Shown here: one piece after another, positions 23,520 through 39,822 of the stretch
How positions within the stretch are numbered: position 1 is the first letter of the stretch
How the letters are laid out: the number at the start of each line of letters is the position of its first letter
Assembly: GCA_030770535.1 (NCBI GenBank)
Contig: JASVEC010000003.1
Location: 310,001-374,000, forward strand
Direction of reading: 5' to 3'
DNA: 64,000 bases
DNA from: Batkoa obscura
Lineage: Eukaryota
Position numbers and translations under genes: made by a program
Notes under the pieces: model-generated
Told to the model about the DNA's origin: nothing
Seen by the model: only the letters and a program-made list of their open reading frames with translations
Database searches by the model: none

Positions 23520-25223
23520 TTGGAACTCAGCCTTCTATTTTCTACTATGTTACAACTAATTCCAATCTCATGCAACAAACAATCGGCTTTTGATTTACCT
23601 ACTTCCGGTAATTTAAAGATAGCTTTGCACTCAGGCTTTGGTGGTCGCTCTCACATAAAACCAATATTAGAAATTGGTGAAGTCTTACATAAAAGAGGAC
23701 ACGAAGTGATTTATATAGCTTTAGAGGACAACATGCCCTTTATGAGTGGGTATACTTTTAACAATTATACACTTGGCCCAGCCATGATGACCTCAGAAGA
23801 GATACGAGATATCATGAGCTTGAATTTATCAAATAAGAAAAAAGAGTTTGATCCAATGCGAAGGATCAGTACTTCATTGATACCTGTGGTGGAAAGATCT
23901 TATTCAACATTGTATGAGCCATTAATCAAGTATTTAAAAGATCATAGACCAGATATGATAGTATGTGATTTTGCGTCTCATCCTTGTTTAGATGCTTCAA
24001 GAAGCTTAGGTATTCCATTGATCATTGGGCTTCAAACTACTGATATTATGGGGTTTGTAACAGCACCTTATATTACAAAGAGTATGGGTTATGGACCGAT
24101 TTATACTGATAAAATGACATTTTTTGAAAGGTTTGATAAGTTGATTGTTGAGCAGGTTTTAGAGATGAGATATTTACTACCATTTAATAAAAAGATTAAT
24201 AAGATCAAGGAGAAATATAATTTACCCAGAGGTAAAGACGTATTTGGGAACCTGAATTATGGCTTAATGGTTGCCAATACATTTGTTGGATTTGAGCCAG
24301 CCGTACCCATTGTTCCTAATATTCATCAGTTAGGACCTATTGTCTCTGAAAATAAAGAAATGCTGTCAAAAGACTTTGAAGACTTCTTAAATTCTCATCA
24401 GAAGGTACTGTTTATAGCTTTTGGATCAAATTCCATACTAGACGCTACATTAGCAAAAAAATTATTAGAAGCTTCGATGCAAGCTATTGATAATGGATTT
24501 ATAGATGGTATCATTTGGGGTTTAGGGAGAACAAGACAAGAAGATTTTCCAACACATATAACAATTAATAACAAACAAATTGAAATAAAATGTATATTTA
24601 ATAATGAATATTCAAATATTAGATTAATGCCTTGGGCATCACAAGTGTCAATCTTGGAGCACAAAAATACTAAACTATTTATATCTCATGGGGGCTCTGA
24701 GTCTACCTTTGAAGCATTACTTGGGGGCACACTAATTTTATGCCTAACCATATTTGACAATCAGTTTTGAAATGGGAGTAAGGCTAAAGAGATGGAAGTT
24801 AGACAATTTATTGATATATATACCTTTACATCTAAAAGCTTATCAAGTCAAATCAAAATCGCTATGGAAGATAAAGACAAACAAATTTTAAGTAATATAA
24901 TTATGATGAAAACAAATGTATATCATAATGGTAAGAAAAAGAACTCAGCTGCTGATCTGTTTGAACAGCATGCCTATACAGCAAAAGCTTGTATAGAGTT
25001 TGAGCCTTATGTTTCTAGTGATAGAAAGCTACCATGTGAAATTAAACATTTGATACCAATTAGTAAAGAAATGGGAGTCATGAAAGTTAATGGGATCGAT
25101 CTCTATCTTTTTGCTTTTTTACTAGCTATAATTGGTCTATATTTTTTGACCTATCTTCTATCGTATCTATTCTCTTTTATTGCGATAAAGTATATTAATG
25201 ATATTGGATTAAAACAAGATTAA
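23520..25223 (+). pseudogene. UDP-glycosyltransferase (GT1) copy 1, disrupted
   Basis: TTG where the paralog has ATG. TGA at 24768-24770 where the paralog has CGA. The same frame continues to TAA at 25223. Signature FGDQ is changed to FDNQ. Confidence 0.85.
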
Positions 25224-26360
25224 ACTACTTTTTGAAGTAAAGATTCGATAAATAAAATAATAGTTAAATAAAATATTATATCTTATTGGTTGTTTTATAT
25301 AGAATTTTAAGGTGTTGGAGGTTAATTAGTTTTAAATAAGGGGAGTATTATTAAGATATTGACGATAAGGCATTGTAATATTACTTTAAAATAGAACTAA
25401 AATCTTTAAAGTTTACTATTTTCAAATGATATACGAAAATAAGCTCAAGAAGTCAATATCAAGTAAATAGAATGTTAAAATTCTTTTTATAGTTTATTAA
25501 AACTAGAATTTAATTAAAAAAGTTCGTTGTTCCATATGCTTTCACTTTCAAAGTTGATTGGGGACAAAATCAACTATGACCTAAGCAATTAAATAGGCTT
25601 AATTTTTAAGAGTGTACAAACTATTACTCATTAAATGATGAAAGATTTTGTTAAAAAAATACCTTAACTTACTATTGACAATAATATAATAACTCCATAA
25701 TAGGTTATCAAATAATTGTTATAACGCAAACTAAAATGAATAATCTTAACTAATTGCAAAGTAACTGTGCCTAAATGAAACAAATAATCACCTTAAACTA
25801 CTGTGCTTAAATTTACAGCTAATTTCGTAACCATCGGTTTCCTTAAAGCACGTGATAAACCTATCTTAATAAAGCAAATTCACACAGATTGTTTTCAGTT
25901 GTAGATTAAATTTACACTCAGATAAAGAACTGTAAAGTCTATAGTGGCAGTTTAAGCTTATGACTAGTCATGACTAAGAGATTTGTTAGATTGACTCGAA
26001 GCTTGATTGATTTGTTACACATTTTTAAAAAAGCGTTGTTTTGAAATAGTAATCAACAAGTTTTATTGATAGTGCTTAAATTGAAGGAGATTTGGTAGTA
26101 GGCTAATTGGATTAAAAAATTAACCAATTAATAAATAAATAAATTTTAAATTAAAACATGATTGACTTAACTCTAGTAAAAAAGTAGTCACTATTTTCTC
26201 AAAGCTCATTTTGACAAAAAGCAATAAGCAAAAGACAATAAAATAATCCGCTTCATAATTTAATAACTTAATTTTTTAATTTCAATTTCTTATTGTGTAT
26301 TTGTAATTTTCTATTTATTCTCTGTTTTAGATTCAATTTCAATTTCTACTTTTAATCACC

Positions 26361-29300
26361 ATGTCTTTCAATTTTTCGGATAAATTATCAACCTCCTCAA
26401 GCCCAAGCTCAGCTTCATCTCTAACACAAAGCTCTATGACTAATAGGGTTAACCCTCAACCTAAATACTTAAGGTACAACTAATATTTAAAGGTAATTTG
26501 AAAAGCTAAAACTTAATATTAGAGATCCTACAACGATGGAAACAATCTCTTCAACGTTTAATGGGATATCTTCATTTATGATGAAGAATACTCTGTTAGG
26601 TAAAGCGTTTCAGAAAAACAGTAATTCATCTTCAAATACTCCCAATTCATCCTCATTATCAACGTCACCTATGCAAAAAAATGAAAAAACAATATTATCT
26701 AAAATTAAGCCGAAAGCAACAGTGACCTGTACTGAGTTTGATACCATTTATTTAAATGGGGAAGAGCGGAGGTAATAAATGTATCTTTGAGCTTTATTAA
26801 ATTGTTAAATCATTTTTTAGGTCATGTTTATTGATAGGCTATTCTGATGGTTTTCATATATGGGATATTGAAGATGTTGGAAAAATCAGTGAGATTGCTT
26901 TAATTAAATTGGATATTGGAGAGATTAAATGTTTAAAGGTTTGTGATTTCATTATATTTCTGAATAATATATTGAAGCGTTTTAGCTTATAAACTCAGAA
27001 GATTACGATCCTCAAAAAACAAACCTATTGATAGGGTATAATAAAGTTAGTAAAAAAATACACTATTAAACAGTTTATTTAGTGCGGTTAGAACGCTCCC
27101 AGCTTCACCAGATGATGATGATGATATGAACTTTGTACCTAAAGAAATATCAATTCTATGTTTGTATTCTTTATATGAAAATAAGATAGTACATAAAAAT
27201 GTCTATGAAAATGAAAAGATAACTTCATTTAAAACCAATGAACATTGCATTGCATTAGTAAGCTATCCCATATCTATTTATGCGTTATTTAATTTCAAAT
27301 TAAGGGCACTTCACTTCCAAGCATTAGATTACTTTCCAGAAAAGATCTATTGGAATATTATTGCTTTACGGATATTTTGATAACACCCAGCTCTAGAGTG
27401 CCTGTATTTGCACTTGGAGCTCGTTGGATTGCTTACTCAACCACTTTAGAAACCCCTTGGAAACCAGATTTTAAAGAAGTATCTTCTATTCCGGGGAAGA
27501 ATAGTAAGGTTGATAGAGTTGCTAAAGATGTAGTCAATGGACTTAAATATATAGGTAATAGAATAAATAGAATGAATAACTATAGCTGATACCAAAATGT
27601 GATATTAGGAGATTATGGGTATCAACGCTTAAATAATTATCTAAAACAAAGTCCAGAACAGCTAAATGAGCCAAGTTCAAATCCTAGAAGATTATCTATA
27701 GGAAGTGGTATTCGTTTGCAGTTTGAATATACAAGCAATATGTCAATATCACCTGAAGAAAAAGGATTTTTAAAAGATTCTGGAAGGGTAAATAATATAA
27801 TATAAAATATATTCATAATTTATAATTAACATATTATTACTATTACTAGGTAGTTATAAGGGATGTTTTAGATTTTATTGATGAAAGTGTTGATCACCCT
27901 TTATCACCTAAAATGGAATCAATGGGCTCATATTTGCCATCTGTTGCTCATTTCCATTGTCATTATTATCCAGTAGCCTGTTTAGCATTCAATGGTTCCG
28001 GAAATTTATTAGCAACTGCCTCGGTTGAAGGACATACGTTTTATATTTATGAAATTATTGGAGCAAATAATCAGCAGCCACCCTTTAAATTATTGTATAA
28101 ACTATCAAGAGGATTAACAGACGCTAAAGTCATTGATATGGTATTTAATATTGATTCAAGGTGGTTAGCAACGACAACTCAACATGGAACAACGCGTAAT
28201 TTTTTACTATTTAATAATAATACACTTAACTTAACTTACACCTTTTAGATTTATTTCAAATTAATCCATATGGCGGGCCACCTCATCATGAATCTCATAC
28301 CTCTGGTAGGGTGATGAATCCTATAAATCCAAGTACATCAAATAAAGGATATACTGATTATTCTAAAGTAAGTTGATAAATAGTATATAATATATAAGCT
28401 GATATACTAACATTAAATAAGCCATATACATTAAACCCAGCAGCAAGGTTTAAAAGAACAAAAGATCATGATTCGATGGATAATATTGATGAATCAAGCA
28501 AAGAAGTATCCCATTCATCGATCATATCAAATGAAACACTTATTAATTCAACTAAATTTTTGATACTAACTTCATCTTTATGTAATTGGTTAAAAAAATT
28601 ACCATCAGCTTATGAAATATCGGATTCCTTTGAAAACTATTTGAAGTCCAGTCAAATCATGTTGAATATTGATCATGAAGGTTCTTTAATGTTAGTACGT
28701 ATTAATGTTACTGCAAAGCCTATATTGGGGAGTTTACCTGGTAAAACAAATTCATATAATTAATATAGTAAAATAGATGTTAACTATTACTAGAAGATAA
28801 AGAAGAAGAACTTTCTATTAAAATAGAAAGGATAGCAGAATGGGGACTATCTAAGAATATTGGGGATAATGAAAAATATTTTGAAATTATCACTAATGTA
28901 AGTCAATATTAATATATTAATTATATTTATAATAATGGTAATTTATAGGAAGTGAAAGTTGATAGTGAAACTAATTATTTAAGTGAATTAGAATCAAGGT
29001 ATATAAATAATAATAATATATGAAATAGTAATATATGAAATAATAATATATGATAATAACAAATTAATAGATGGTTACCTTATCTTGAAACTAAAAATTA
29101 TAATCCATATACGTCATTTAATAGACCTTTATGGTTATTAAATCAATTTGATTTTAAAACTTATAGTAACGAACCAGTTATGGATAATGACTCAGATGAA
29201 CCTGGAATCATTATGTTTAATAAAGAAAAGAACGAGGATGAAATATTGCGCTTAACAAAACAAAAGATTTTGCGACCAAATTCAAAGTAAATTTAATTAG

Positions 29301-29976
29301 TCAGTTATTTGTTAATATTTATTAAAATATTTATATTAGAGTAAAAGTAACTTATCAACCAAGTTCATCTAAAGATGAAATTAAAGGTAATATTCATTAT
29401 TATTTATATCTTTAATTGTTAATATTTATTTAGATCATCTTGTATCTGCAATGCAAACAGACTTAGAAAAACCACCAATTACATCTTCACTACCTATACG
29501 TAGTGGTAAGAGTAATAAATAACATAATATTTTATAAATATTGATTTATATTTTTAGATCCAATTTCATTTGAAGATGCCCTTGAAATACATATGGTAGA
29601 AACCTTTGGAGGGAATAAAAAAGAAGTAAAACAACAAAATCGAATGAATGAAATAGCACCTAATTTTATTAATGAAATAGTTCAAAATCAAAGTATGAAT
29701 AATAGTTTTAAAGATCAACAGAAAATTGAAGAAGAATTTGCTATATTTGAAATGGATAATGACGATTATTCAACTAATAATGAGTTAAATAATGATATGG
29801 AAGCAGTACCTATCTCTAATTCAAATCTTGATAGTGATGAGTTTAATTTATCTAATTCTCCACCTTTACTTTCTGTAAGATCTCGTATGACAGAGTTGGA
29901 TGATTGTGATGATGTTCAATATGAAGCTACCGATCCATCAACTTCATTTACATTAGATGAATTTTTAAACCTTTAA
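26361..29976 (+). CDS. BCAS3-like WD40 beta-propeller protein, many short introns
   Basis: LGARWIAYS; LYKLSRGLTDAKVIDMVFNIDSRWLATTTQHGTT/HLFQINPYGG; C-terminal WLPYLE...RPLWLLNQFDFKTY. These match BCAS3-family motifs; exon boundaries approximate. Confidence 0.8.
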
Positions 29977-30409
29977 TAATTTTTATTATAATGTTAAGAA
30001 TAAGTAGGACTGTTTTAAAGTAATAGGTACAAATTAATAGAATAAGACATTTTTAATAATGTGATTATTTTTTTTAAAGTGTAGAAAGTAGTAATTTTTT
30101 AAATTTTTTTTTATAATTAAAATCTAGGATTTTGGTTAGTTTATTTTTTTATCAATAGTTACTGGACTTCTTCACACTATTCTCTCTCTCTTTTTAAATT
30201 TGTATTAATAAATGAAATATTAAAATACTGTGATAATTTATTATTTTTAATTGTTGTTTCGTTTATGTTATTTACTATTTTAAATCCCATCAAATTATTA
30301 ATAATTCTGAACTTTTTGGATTGAACTTGATTTTTAAAAACTATTTTATACAATTATATTTCTAAATTTAAAATCGAAAGTTAATTTCTTTTAACAAATT
30401 ATTAAAAAA

Positions 30410-30972
30410 ATGTTTCAATTAACCAGAAGTCTTAAAACTGTTGCTAAACTTTCCTTAAAAACTAAATTATATCAACCAACTAGCATCCTTGGTAAGTTTA
30501 TTATTTATATTTTATTTATATTTTATTTAAAAGATTGATTCAAAAAATAAAGAAATTTTACAACGAATTATAAATTAATTAAAACAAAAATCAATATACA
30601 AATTTGAATTCACCAAAGGACTTAAGACTAACTTGATCATTCTTAGCCCGTCGTTCATACTCTGACCACTCTTTGACCTTTGATGAACACAGTGCTCAAT
30701 ACGTCAACTTTTTTAATGAAGTAGATGATGTTTATGAATTACAACGTGGTCTTACCAATTGTTTTTCTTATGATTTAGTACCTTCCCCATCCGTTTTAGA
30801 AGCTGCTTTAAAAGCTAGTCGTCGTGTTAATTCTTATTCTACTGCTGTACGTATCTTTGAAGGTATTAAAGATAAAGTAGATAATGAAACTCAATATAAT
30901 GAGTATGTTAAGGAATTAGAACCCATTCGTAAACAATTAAGTATTTTAACTAAGGAAGAATTAGGGTTATAA
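30410..30972 (+). CDS. COX6: Cytochrome c oxidase subunit VI (COX5A orthologue), 2 exons
   Basis: Exon 1 30410-30491 is a mitochondrial presequence; intron 30492-30646; ELQRGLTNCFSYDLVPSPSVLEAALKASRRVN. Confidence 0.95.
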
Positions 30973-31350
30973 ATGGATGAATAAAGAATTTAGTATAGGG
31001 TTTAGTTATTTTTAGAGTTGGAATTTTTGAATTTATTAAGGTTGAGGTTTTTGTTTATTTTTTTAAAATTAGATTCGAAAATAAATCCGATAATCAAATC
31101 ATTAGATTTTTAAATGAATTAAAACTTTAAAATAAATGTGATTTTGGAAAAATTTAAAAAATAATTTAGAATAAAAATTCATCAGATAAAAATGATAAAT
31201 TTTCAAACTTGTATAAAAGCCACGTCATGCTCTAATATGAATTCATTATCAAAAAATCAAAAACTATATAAACCCTTACTTTATCGTTATCTATATAAAC
31301 AAAAATTTCATTTAATTTTTATTTAAAAAAATATCAACAAAATTAAATAA

Positions 31351-32563
31351 ATGCAACGTTCCACTTCATTATTAAAGAATTTACCATCTTCCTTGTCTTT
31401 ACCCCTTGGTTTCAAAGCTAGTGGCGTCCACTGTGGTATTAAAAAAGATATATCTAAACCAGATATAAGTTTAATAGTATCTTCATTACCATGTGTTGCC
31501 TCCGCTGTAGTCACTCAAAATCAATTCAGTGCCGCACCAGTAGTTGTAACCAAACAAGTGTTATCTAAAAATAATAAGGATATTTATGGTTTAGTAGTGA
31601 ATTCGGGTTGTGCTAATGCAGTGACTGGGGAGCAAGGATTAAAAGATAGTTGGGAAATGGTAGGATTGACTAATGAATTGATAGGAAAACAGAAAGATAG
31701 CGTATTGGTAATGTCAACGGGGGTGATAGGGCATACATTACCTATGGATAAGGTAAAGAAAGGGATTAAAGAAGGAATTGAAAAATTGGGTGAGGATGAA
31801 GATAGTTATCACAAATGTTCCCAAGGATTTATGACTACAGATACTTTCCCAAAGATTCAAAGTTATCAAAATGAAGTTAAAGAAAAGGGAATGGATTATT
31901 CTATATTAGGTATTTGTAAAGGTGCAGGTATGATTCATCCAAATATGGCTACTTTATTAACAGCTTTAATTACGGATGTTAATATTAGTGAAACTTGTTT
32001 AAAAGATGCGTTAAAATATGCTACAGATAAAAGTTTTAATTCAATTTCAATCGATGGGGATACTTCCACTAATGATTGTTGTATTGTATTGGCTAATGGA
32101 GGGAAAAACAATGAAATTATTAATAATTTAGAATCAGAAGAATACAAAAAATTTAAATTGAATTTGACTGAGATAATGATTCAATTAGCTAAATTAATTG
32201 TATTAGATGGGGAAGGTGCTACAAAATTTTTAAGTATTCATGTTAAAAATAGTCGAAATGAAATTGAAGCGAAACAAATTGCTAATTCAATAGCTACTTC
32301 AGCCTTAGTAAAAACAGCATTTTACGGGGAGGATGCTAATTGGGGTCGAATTATTGCTGCTGTTGGATATTCAGGAGTTAAAATTGATACGGAAAAAATT
32401 GATTTGAAAATTAATGTAGGCCAAGAAGAAAGTGATGATAAAAATCAATGTATTTATTTGTTAAAAAATGGAAAGCCAATTGTTATGGATGAAGTCAAAG
32501 CAAAAGAGATTATGAAAAATAAAGAACTGTTTTTAAGTATTAATTTAAATTTAGGTAATTGTT

Positions 32564-32620
<57 letters not shown>

Positions 32621-32735
32621 ATACTAATATTTATTCATTTATATATATATAATAATAGGGGATAAAGATGCTACTATATGGACTTGTGATTTTTCACACG
32701 AATATGTAACTATTAATGGTTCTTATCGTACATGA
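31351..32735 (+). CDS. ARG7: Ornithine acetyltransferase (ArgJ family), 2 exons
   Basis: [42 protein letters not shown]; intron 32555-32658; last exon [18 protein letters not shown]. Confidence 0.97.
32565..32620 (+). repeat. (AAT)n microsatellite in the ARG7 intron
   Basis: Direct read. Confidence 0.95.
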
Positions 32736-32740
32736 AAAAT

Positions 32741-35605
<2,865 letters not shown>

Positions 35606-36082
35606 TATTACTTATTGGTGATAGGGTTCTTTTTAATATTATTTATTAGGAAGACAAAATGATATCTTACTTTAGTTTATTTTACGAATTAATTTCAGTT
35701 ACGTAAGATAGAATATTAATGAATTGTTAAGAGATAAATTGACTCAATAAAATCCCTTTACTTAGTTAATAGATTTACTTTAATTTGTTGATTTTTTTAA
35801 TAAGAAAATGCTATTGCTTTTTTTGGATTACACATCATCTATTGACCATTTATTAAGCAGCTTGAAATTTAAAAATATCGTCTAATAACATCTTTGAAAA
35901 ATATAGTTACAAATTAACATTCTTTATTCTATCAAATAGTAACAACTTATTTTAAAAGATTGAATATTTTTATTATTAAAGTTAATAAAAAAAGTACATT
36001 AAAAAAAGTATAAAATAATTAAAAACTAGACATTTATATTTTTTTTAAAATAAAGCAAATAACTTAATACAATTAACTATAT

Positions 36083-36179
36083 GGGGATGTTTTTTAGTTT
36101 CATCACTTTTTCGGATTTTTAAGCGCTATTTAAGTGGAAAGTTTGTTAGTAAAATTCTTAAACAAAAAAATATATCTTC
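36083..36179 (-). mobile_element. ~98-bp MITE copy (GAAG-end subfamily)
   Basis: GGGGATGT...ATCTTC with ATAT on both sides. Confidence 0.9.
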
Positions 36180-37132
36180 ATATGTATATTTGAAGTGTAA
36201 GTTGAGTTTTAAAATGACCATATAAATATAAAATGAGTTGACTGTTAATAGATAGAATTAAATGTTTAGTAATTGATAGAAGAACTCATTATGTGAAATT
36301 AATTAATAAAGAAATAAAAGTGAAGGGAAGTTATCTTTAAATTTTTACGATTAAAAGATATTAAAAGTAGCTTTAATGATTCTAACCTAACTAAATAATC
36401 TTATAATTTTTTAATATTTAGATAGTGACTTAGTTATTATAAACAAATAATCATCATATTAATATCATAAAAGCAAATAACGGTTTTAAACTAATAGTTT
36501 AGATAAGAAACATTAGAATAAATCTTATTAAACATTGAATGACTGTTAAGATTAAAGATAATGGTCATAATGAAATTAAGAACAATAATTATATTTGATC
36601 AATAATAAGATTAAATAATAACTTTATAAAATAATAATGAAATTGATATTGATATTAAAAAATCAATTTAATATTAAACTATCGTTGAATCTTTATCTAT
36701 AATTATCAATCAATTAATCGATCTAAATAAAATAGATTTGAAATAAACAGTATTAGGATTAATTAACATATTAAAAGTAACTATAAAGTTGAGTTTTAAT
36801 TTAGTTAATAGTAAATACTAAATATATGTTAAAAAACAGTTATCTCAAATGAAATTAAACCCATTTTCTTAATATTAATATCTATTATAGCATATTTTTT
36901 AATATTACCTTCGAGTATACTATGTAGATCTTCAAATTAAAGCTAAACTATTTTTTATAAAAGAGATTTAAAAACTAGCCTTTTATTTAAAAAACGGATC
37001 GGATATGAATGTAAATCAATAAATAAATCAAACTTAATAAATATCAAAAAAAAGCTATCAATATTTAAAATCAATTCTTTATTTAATCTCACTTCAATTA
37101 ATCATATAAAATAAAATAACATAAAAAGTACA

Positions 37133-37645
37133 ATGTCGAAACTTATCATCTTATTCTATCTCTTCTATCTATCACTAAATGGTTACATCCACACTTTAAG
37201 TGACACACATAAAGGTTCATTAATCCGAAGAGAAGTCAGTGGCTTAACATTTAACAAATTAGATGACAAAGCTATAGAGGAACCTGACAATGAGGACGAT
37301 AATAGTGGGGAATATGATTTCAGTGTTCGAGAACTCAACAAATATGTTGAAAGAGTGGAACAAAGTAAACAAAGCTATAATCGACTAGAACTAGAACTAT
37401 ATGAAAAAGAAAAAGAATTATTAGCAAGTAAAAAGAAGGTAGCTTTAGCCGAAAGTATCTTAAAATATCATCAAGATAATTTAGAGAAATATCAAAAACT
37501 ATTGAATGAAAGGGAAAAGAAATATCATCATGATATGGAGCAAAAGATTCATCAAAAAGTTAAAATAGAAAAGGAATTAAGGGAGAAAAAATTATTACAA
37601 TTTGAGATGGAAGAGAAAAAACGACGATTGTTAGCTGGATTGTAA
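37133..37645 (+). CDS. Secreted coiled-coil protein of unknown function
   Basis: Hydrophobic leader, dibasic IRR site, acidic patch, ~100-aa E/K-rich heptad region. Confidence 0.75.
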   Translation: MSKLIILFYLFYLSLNGYIHTLSDTHKGSLIRREVSGLTFNKLDDKAIEEPDNEDDNSGEYDFSVRELNKYVERVEQSKQSYNRLELELYEKEKELLASKKKVALAESILKYHQDNLEKYQKLLNEREKKYHHDMEQKIHQKVKIEKELREKKLLQFEMEEKKRRLLAGL

Positions 37646-38171
37646 AGATAAACAAGTGGGATAGTTGTGTTGAGTATTTATTTAAAATAAATTGCAATTA
37701 ATTTTGGATTTTTTAGAATTTGTTTTTAATTATTTACTTGTTTTACTTAAATTGTATTATTTTATTGCTAATAAGTTTTATACTTGATTGACCTGGATAA
37801 AACTAATTTTACTTTAATCCATTTTATTCATAAATCTTGAAAATAAACTAATATTAATATCATTTAAATTCATTAATATTAAAATTTATATAGTAATTGT
37901 TCAATTTAAATTCCATTTATTTTTACCCTTTAATTAGTTTAAGGCATAAAATGAAGTCAATAATCCCAAGAATGAGAGGGGAAAAGACATCAAAGATAAC
38001 CACAATTGGGGGGAAAAATTAAAAATGCTTTAAAACTTTTAAAATCTTCATAAAGAGCATAAACTTCATTAAAACTCATAAAAAAAGAATTTAATCTGTC
38101 AAAATAAGTAGATATAAAAAGATTCTAAATTGACATCAAAAAACTGTAACTTTATTATTCTAATTTCAATA

Positions 38172-38825
38172 ATGTTATTCAATATGAATTGTTGTCCTTT
38201 GATCTTCTTACTCCTAATTAATTTCAGTTTAAGTTTAACTACAAATTTTGGCACAGGTTCTGATTTAACTTTAGCCAAATTAAGTCAAATTTTCCAACCT
38301 TGTGGAGTAGAAAATAGTATAGCACCTGGGGAAAACATATCATGTTCAAAGGCATTACCATTGATTCAATCTGCCGCTTCTAAATACTCTTTAACTACCA
38401 ATGAACAATTAGCCTTTTACTTATCCACCATAGCCATTGAATCTGGTAATCTTTCTTTTAACAAAAATCACTTCCCTGGACGTATAGGTCAAGGAACATA
38501 CAGTATGTTAATGAGTGCTAACTTATATGCATTCTACAAAACTGAAATTAATAACAATTCTATTCAATATAATGAAAATGATGATAATTCAAAAGCCCAA
38601 TTATTAAATTATTTAAATCAAAATGGGCTCTACTTTTTACCAGGCGCTTGGTGGATTGCTAAAGGGGCTGGGCAAATTCAAAATCCTTCTTGTAATTCAT
38701 TGACAAACGATTTGGTTAATGCTGATACTGGTAAAGTAGCTCAATTGTTTACTACTTGCTTAGGAGTTGATGGTACATCTAGGGTTTCCGCTTATCAAAA
38801 TGCTTTACAAGTGTTGAATTCTTAA
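38172..38825 (+). CDS. Secreted lysozyme-fold (GH19/GH23-like) protein
   Basis: ATG at 38172 or 38184; signal peptide; EQLAFYLSTIAIESGNL...NHFPGRIGQGT...GAWW; paired Cys. Confidence 0.65.
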   Translation: MLFNMNCCPLIFLLLINFSLSLTTNFGTGSDLTLAKLSQIFQPCGVENSIAPGENISCSKALPLIQSAASKYSLTTNEQLAFYLSTIAIESGNLSFNKNHFPGRIGQGTYSMLMSANLYAFYKTEINNNSIQYNENDDNSKAQLLNYLNQNGLYFLPGAWWIAKGAGQIQNPSCNSLTNDLVNADTGKVAQLFTTCLGVDGTSRVSAYQNALQVLNS

Positions 38826-38998
38826 AAAACTTTAATAAAATTGAATTTTTGTGTTAATATTTCTTTTATATAAAGAAAGTTTGTTGTTTATAGTAATAAT
38901 ATTAAAAGTAAATAGTAAAATATACTGAATCTAAAGATATTAAGATTTTGATTGAATGAATTCAAATAACTGGTAGTAAAATACAGATAATAGAATAT

Positions 38999-39095
38999 GG
39001 GGATATATTTTTTTGTTTAAGAATTTTACTAACAATCTTTCCGCTGAAATAGCGCTTAAAAGATGGAAAAAATAATGAAACCAAAAAACGCCCCC
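38999..39095 (+). mobile_element. ~98-bp MITE copy
   Basis: GGGGATAT...CGCCCCC with ATAT on both sides. Confidence 0.9.
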
Positions 39096-39465
39096 ATATT
39101 GGCAATTTAATGCAATTTGATATCAAAAACATCAATGTTTATTTTTACTTTAAATTGGACTCATAAATTAAAAATGACATTACATTATGCAGTTTGACTA
39201 AACAAATAAAAGTTATTTTGTTATGTAATACAGCTACTCCAGTAATCATACATAACATTAATACAATTGACATGTATAATACCTTCTAAAGACATAGGAA
39301 TGTTGTCTTTTGTATGCCAAGGCATTTACTATAAACTCCGCATTGAGTCAAATTTAATTTTGCTTTGACTGAGTTTAAATTGAGCCAATTGAAACCTAGA
39401 GGGTATTTCATAAATGGAACTAAAGTAGTCAAGAAAGGGGGAGTTAAGTGTAAAATTAAAGATAT

Positions 39466-39563
39466 GAAGGATGTATTTTTTTGTTTAAGAATTTTACTAA
39501 CAAACTTTCCACTTAAATAGCGCTTAAAAATCCGAAAAAGTGATGAAACTAAAAAAAATCCAC
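39466..39563 (+). mobile_element. ~98-bp MITE copy (GAAG-end subfamily)
   Basis: GAAGGATGT...ATCCAC with ATAT on both sides; near-identical to the reverse complement of 36083-36179. Confidence 0.9.
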
Positions 39564-39822
39564 ATATCAATTTGACATTTTTAATGAATACAAACTAAAT
39601 AAATATTACCAAACTATTAGTTTATTAAAAATAATACAATCCAAATATAAAATGTTAAGCACTATATGATTTTATTTTATTTATCCAAAAAAAATTAAAA
39701 GGATATTTCGTATTTTTATATTTTTATATTTTTATCTATATCATAGTAAAAAAAGTATAGTATTTTAAAATGCTTAATGATCACATATGATGACTACAAA
39801 ATTGTTTATATCATATTAAAAC

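Noticed and set aside
25960..25977. Palindrome ATGACTAGTCATGACT upstream of the BCAS3-like gene as a bZIP site
   Set aside because: Single occurrence with non-canonical spacing and no supporting evidence.
30492..30646. Long COX6 intron (155 nt) as a snoRNA host
   Set aside because: No box C/D pair or H/ACA hairpins recognised.
39286..39570. 94-aa minus-strand ORF
   Set aside because: Its first third is MITE sequence; no recognisable protein.
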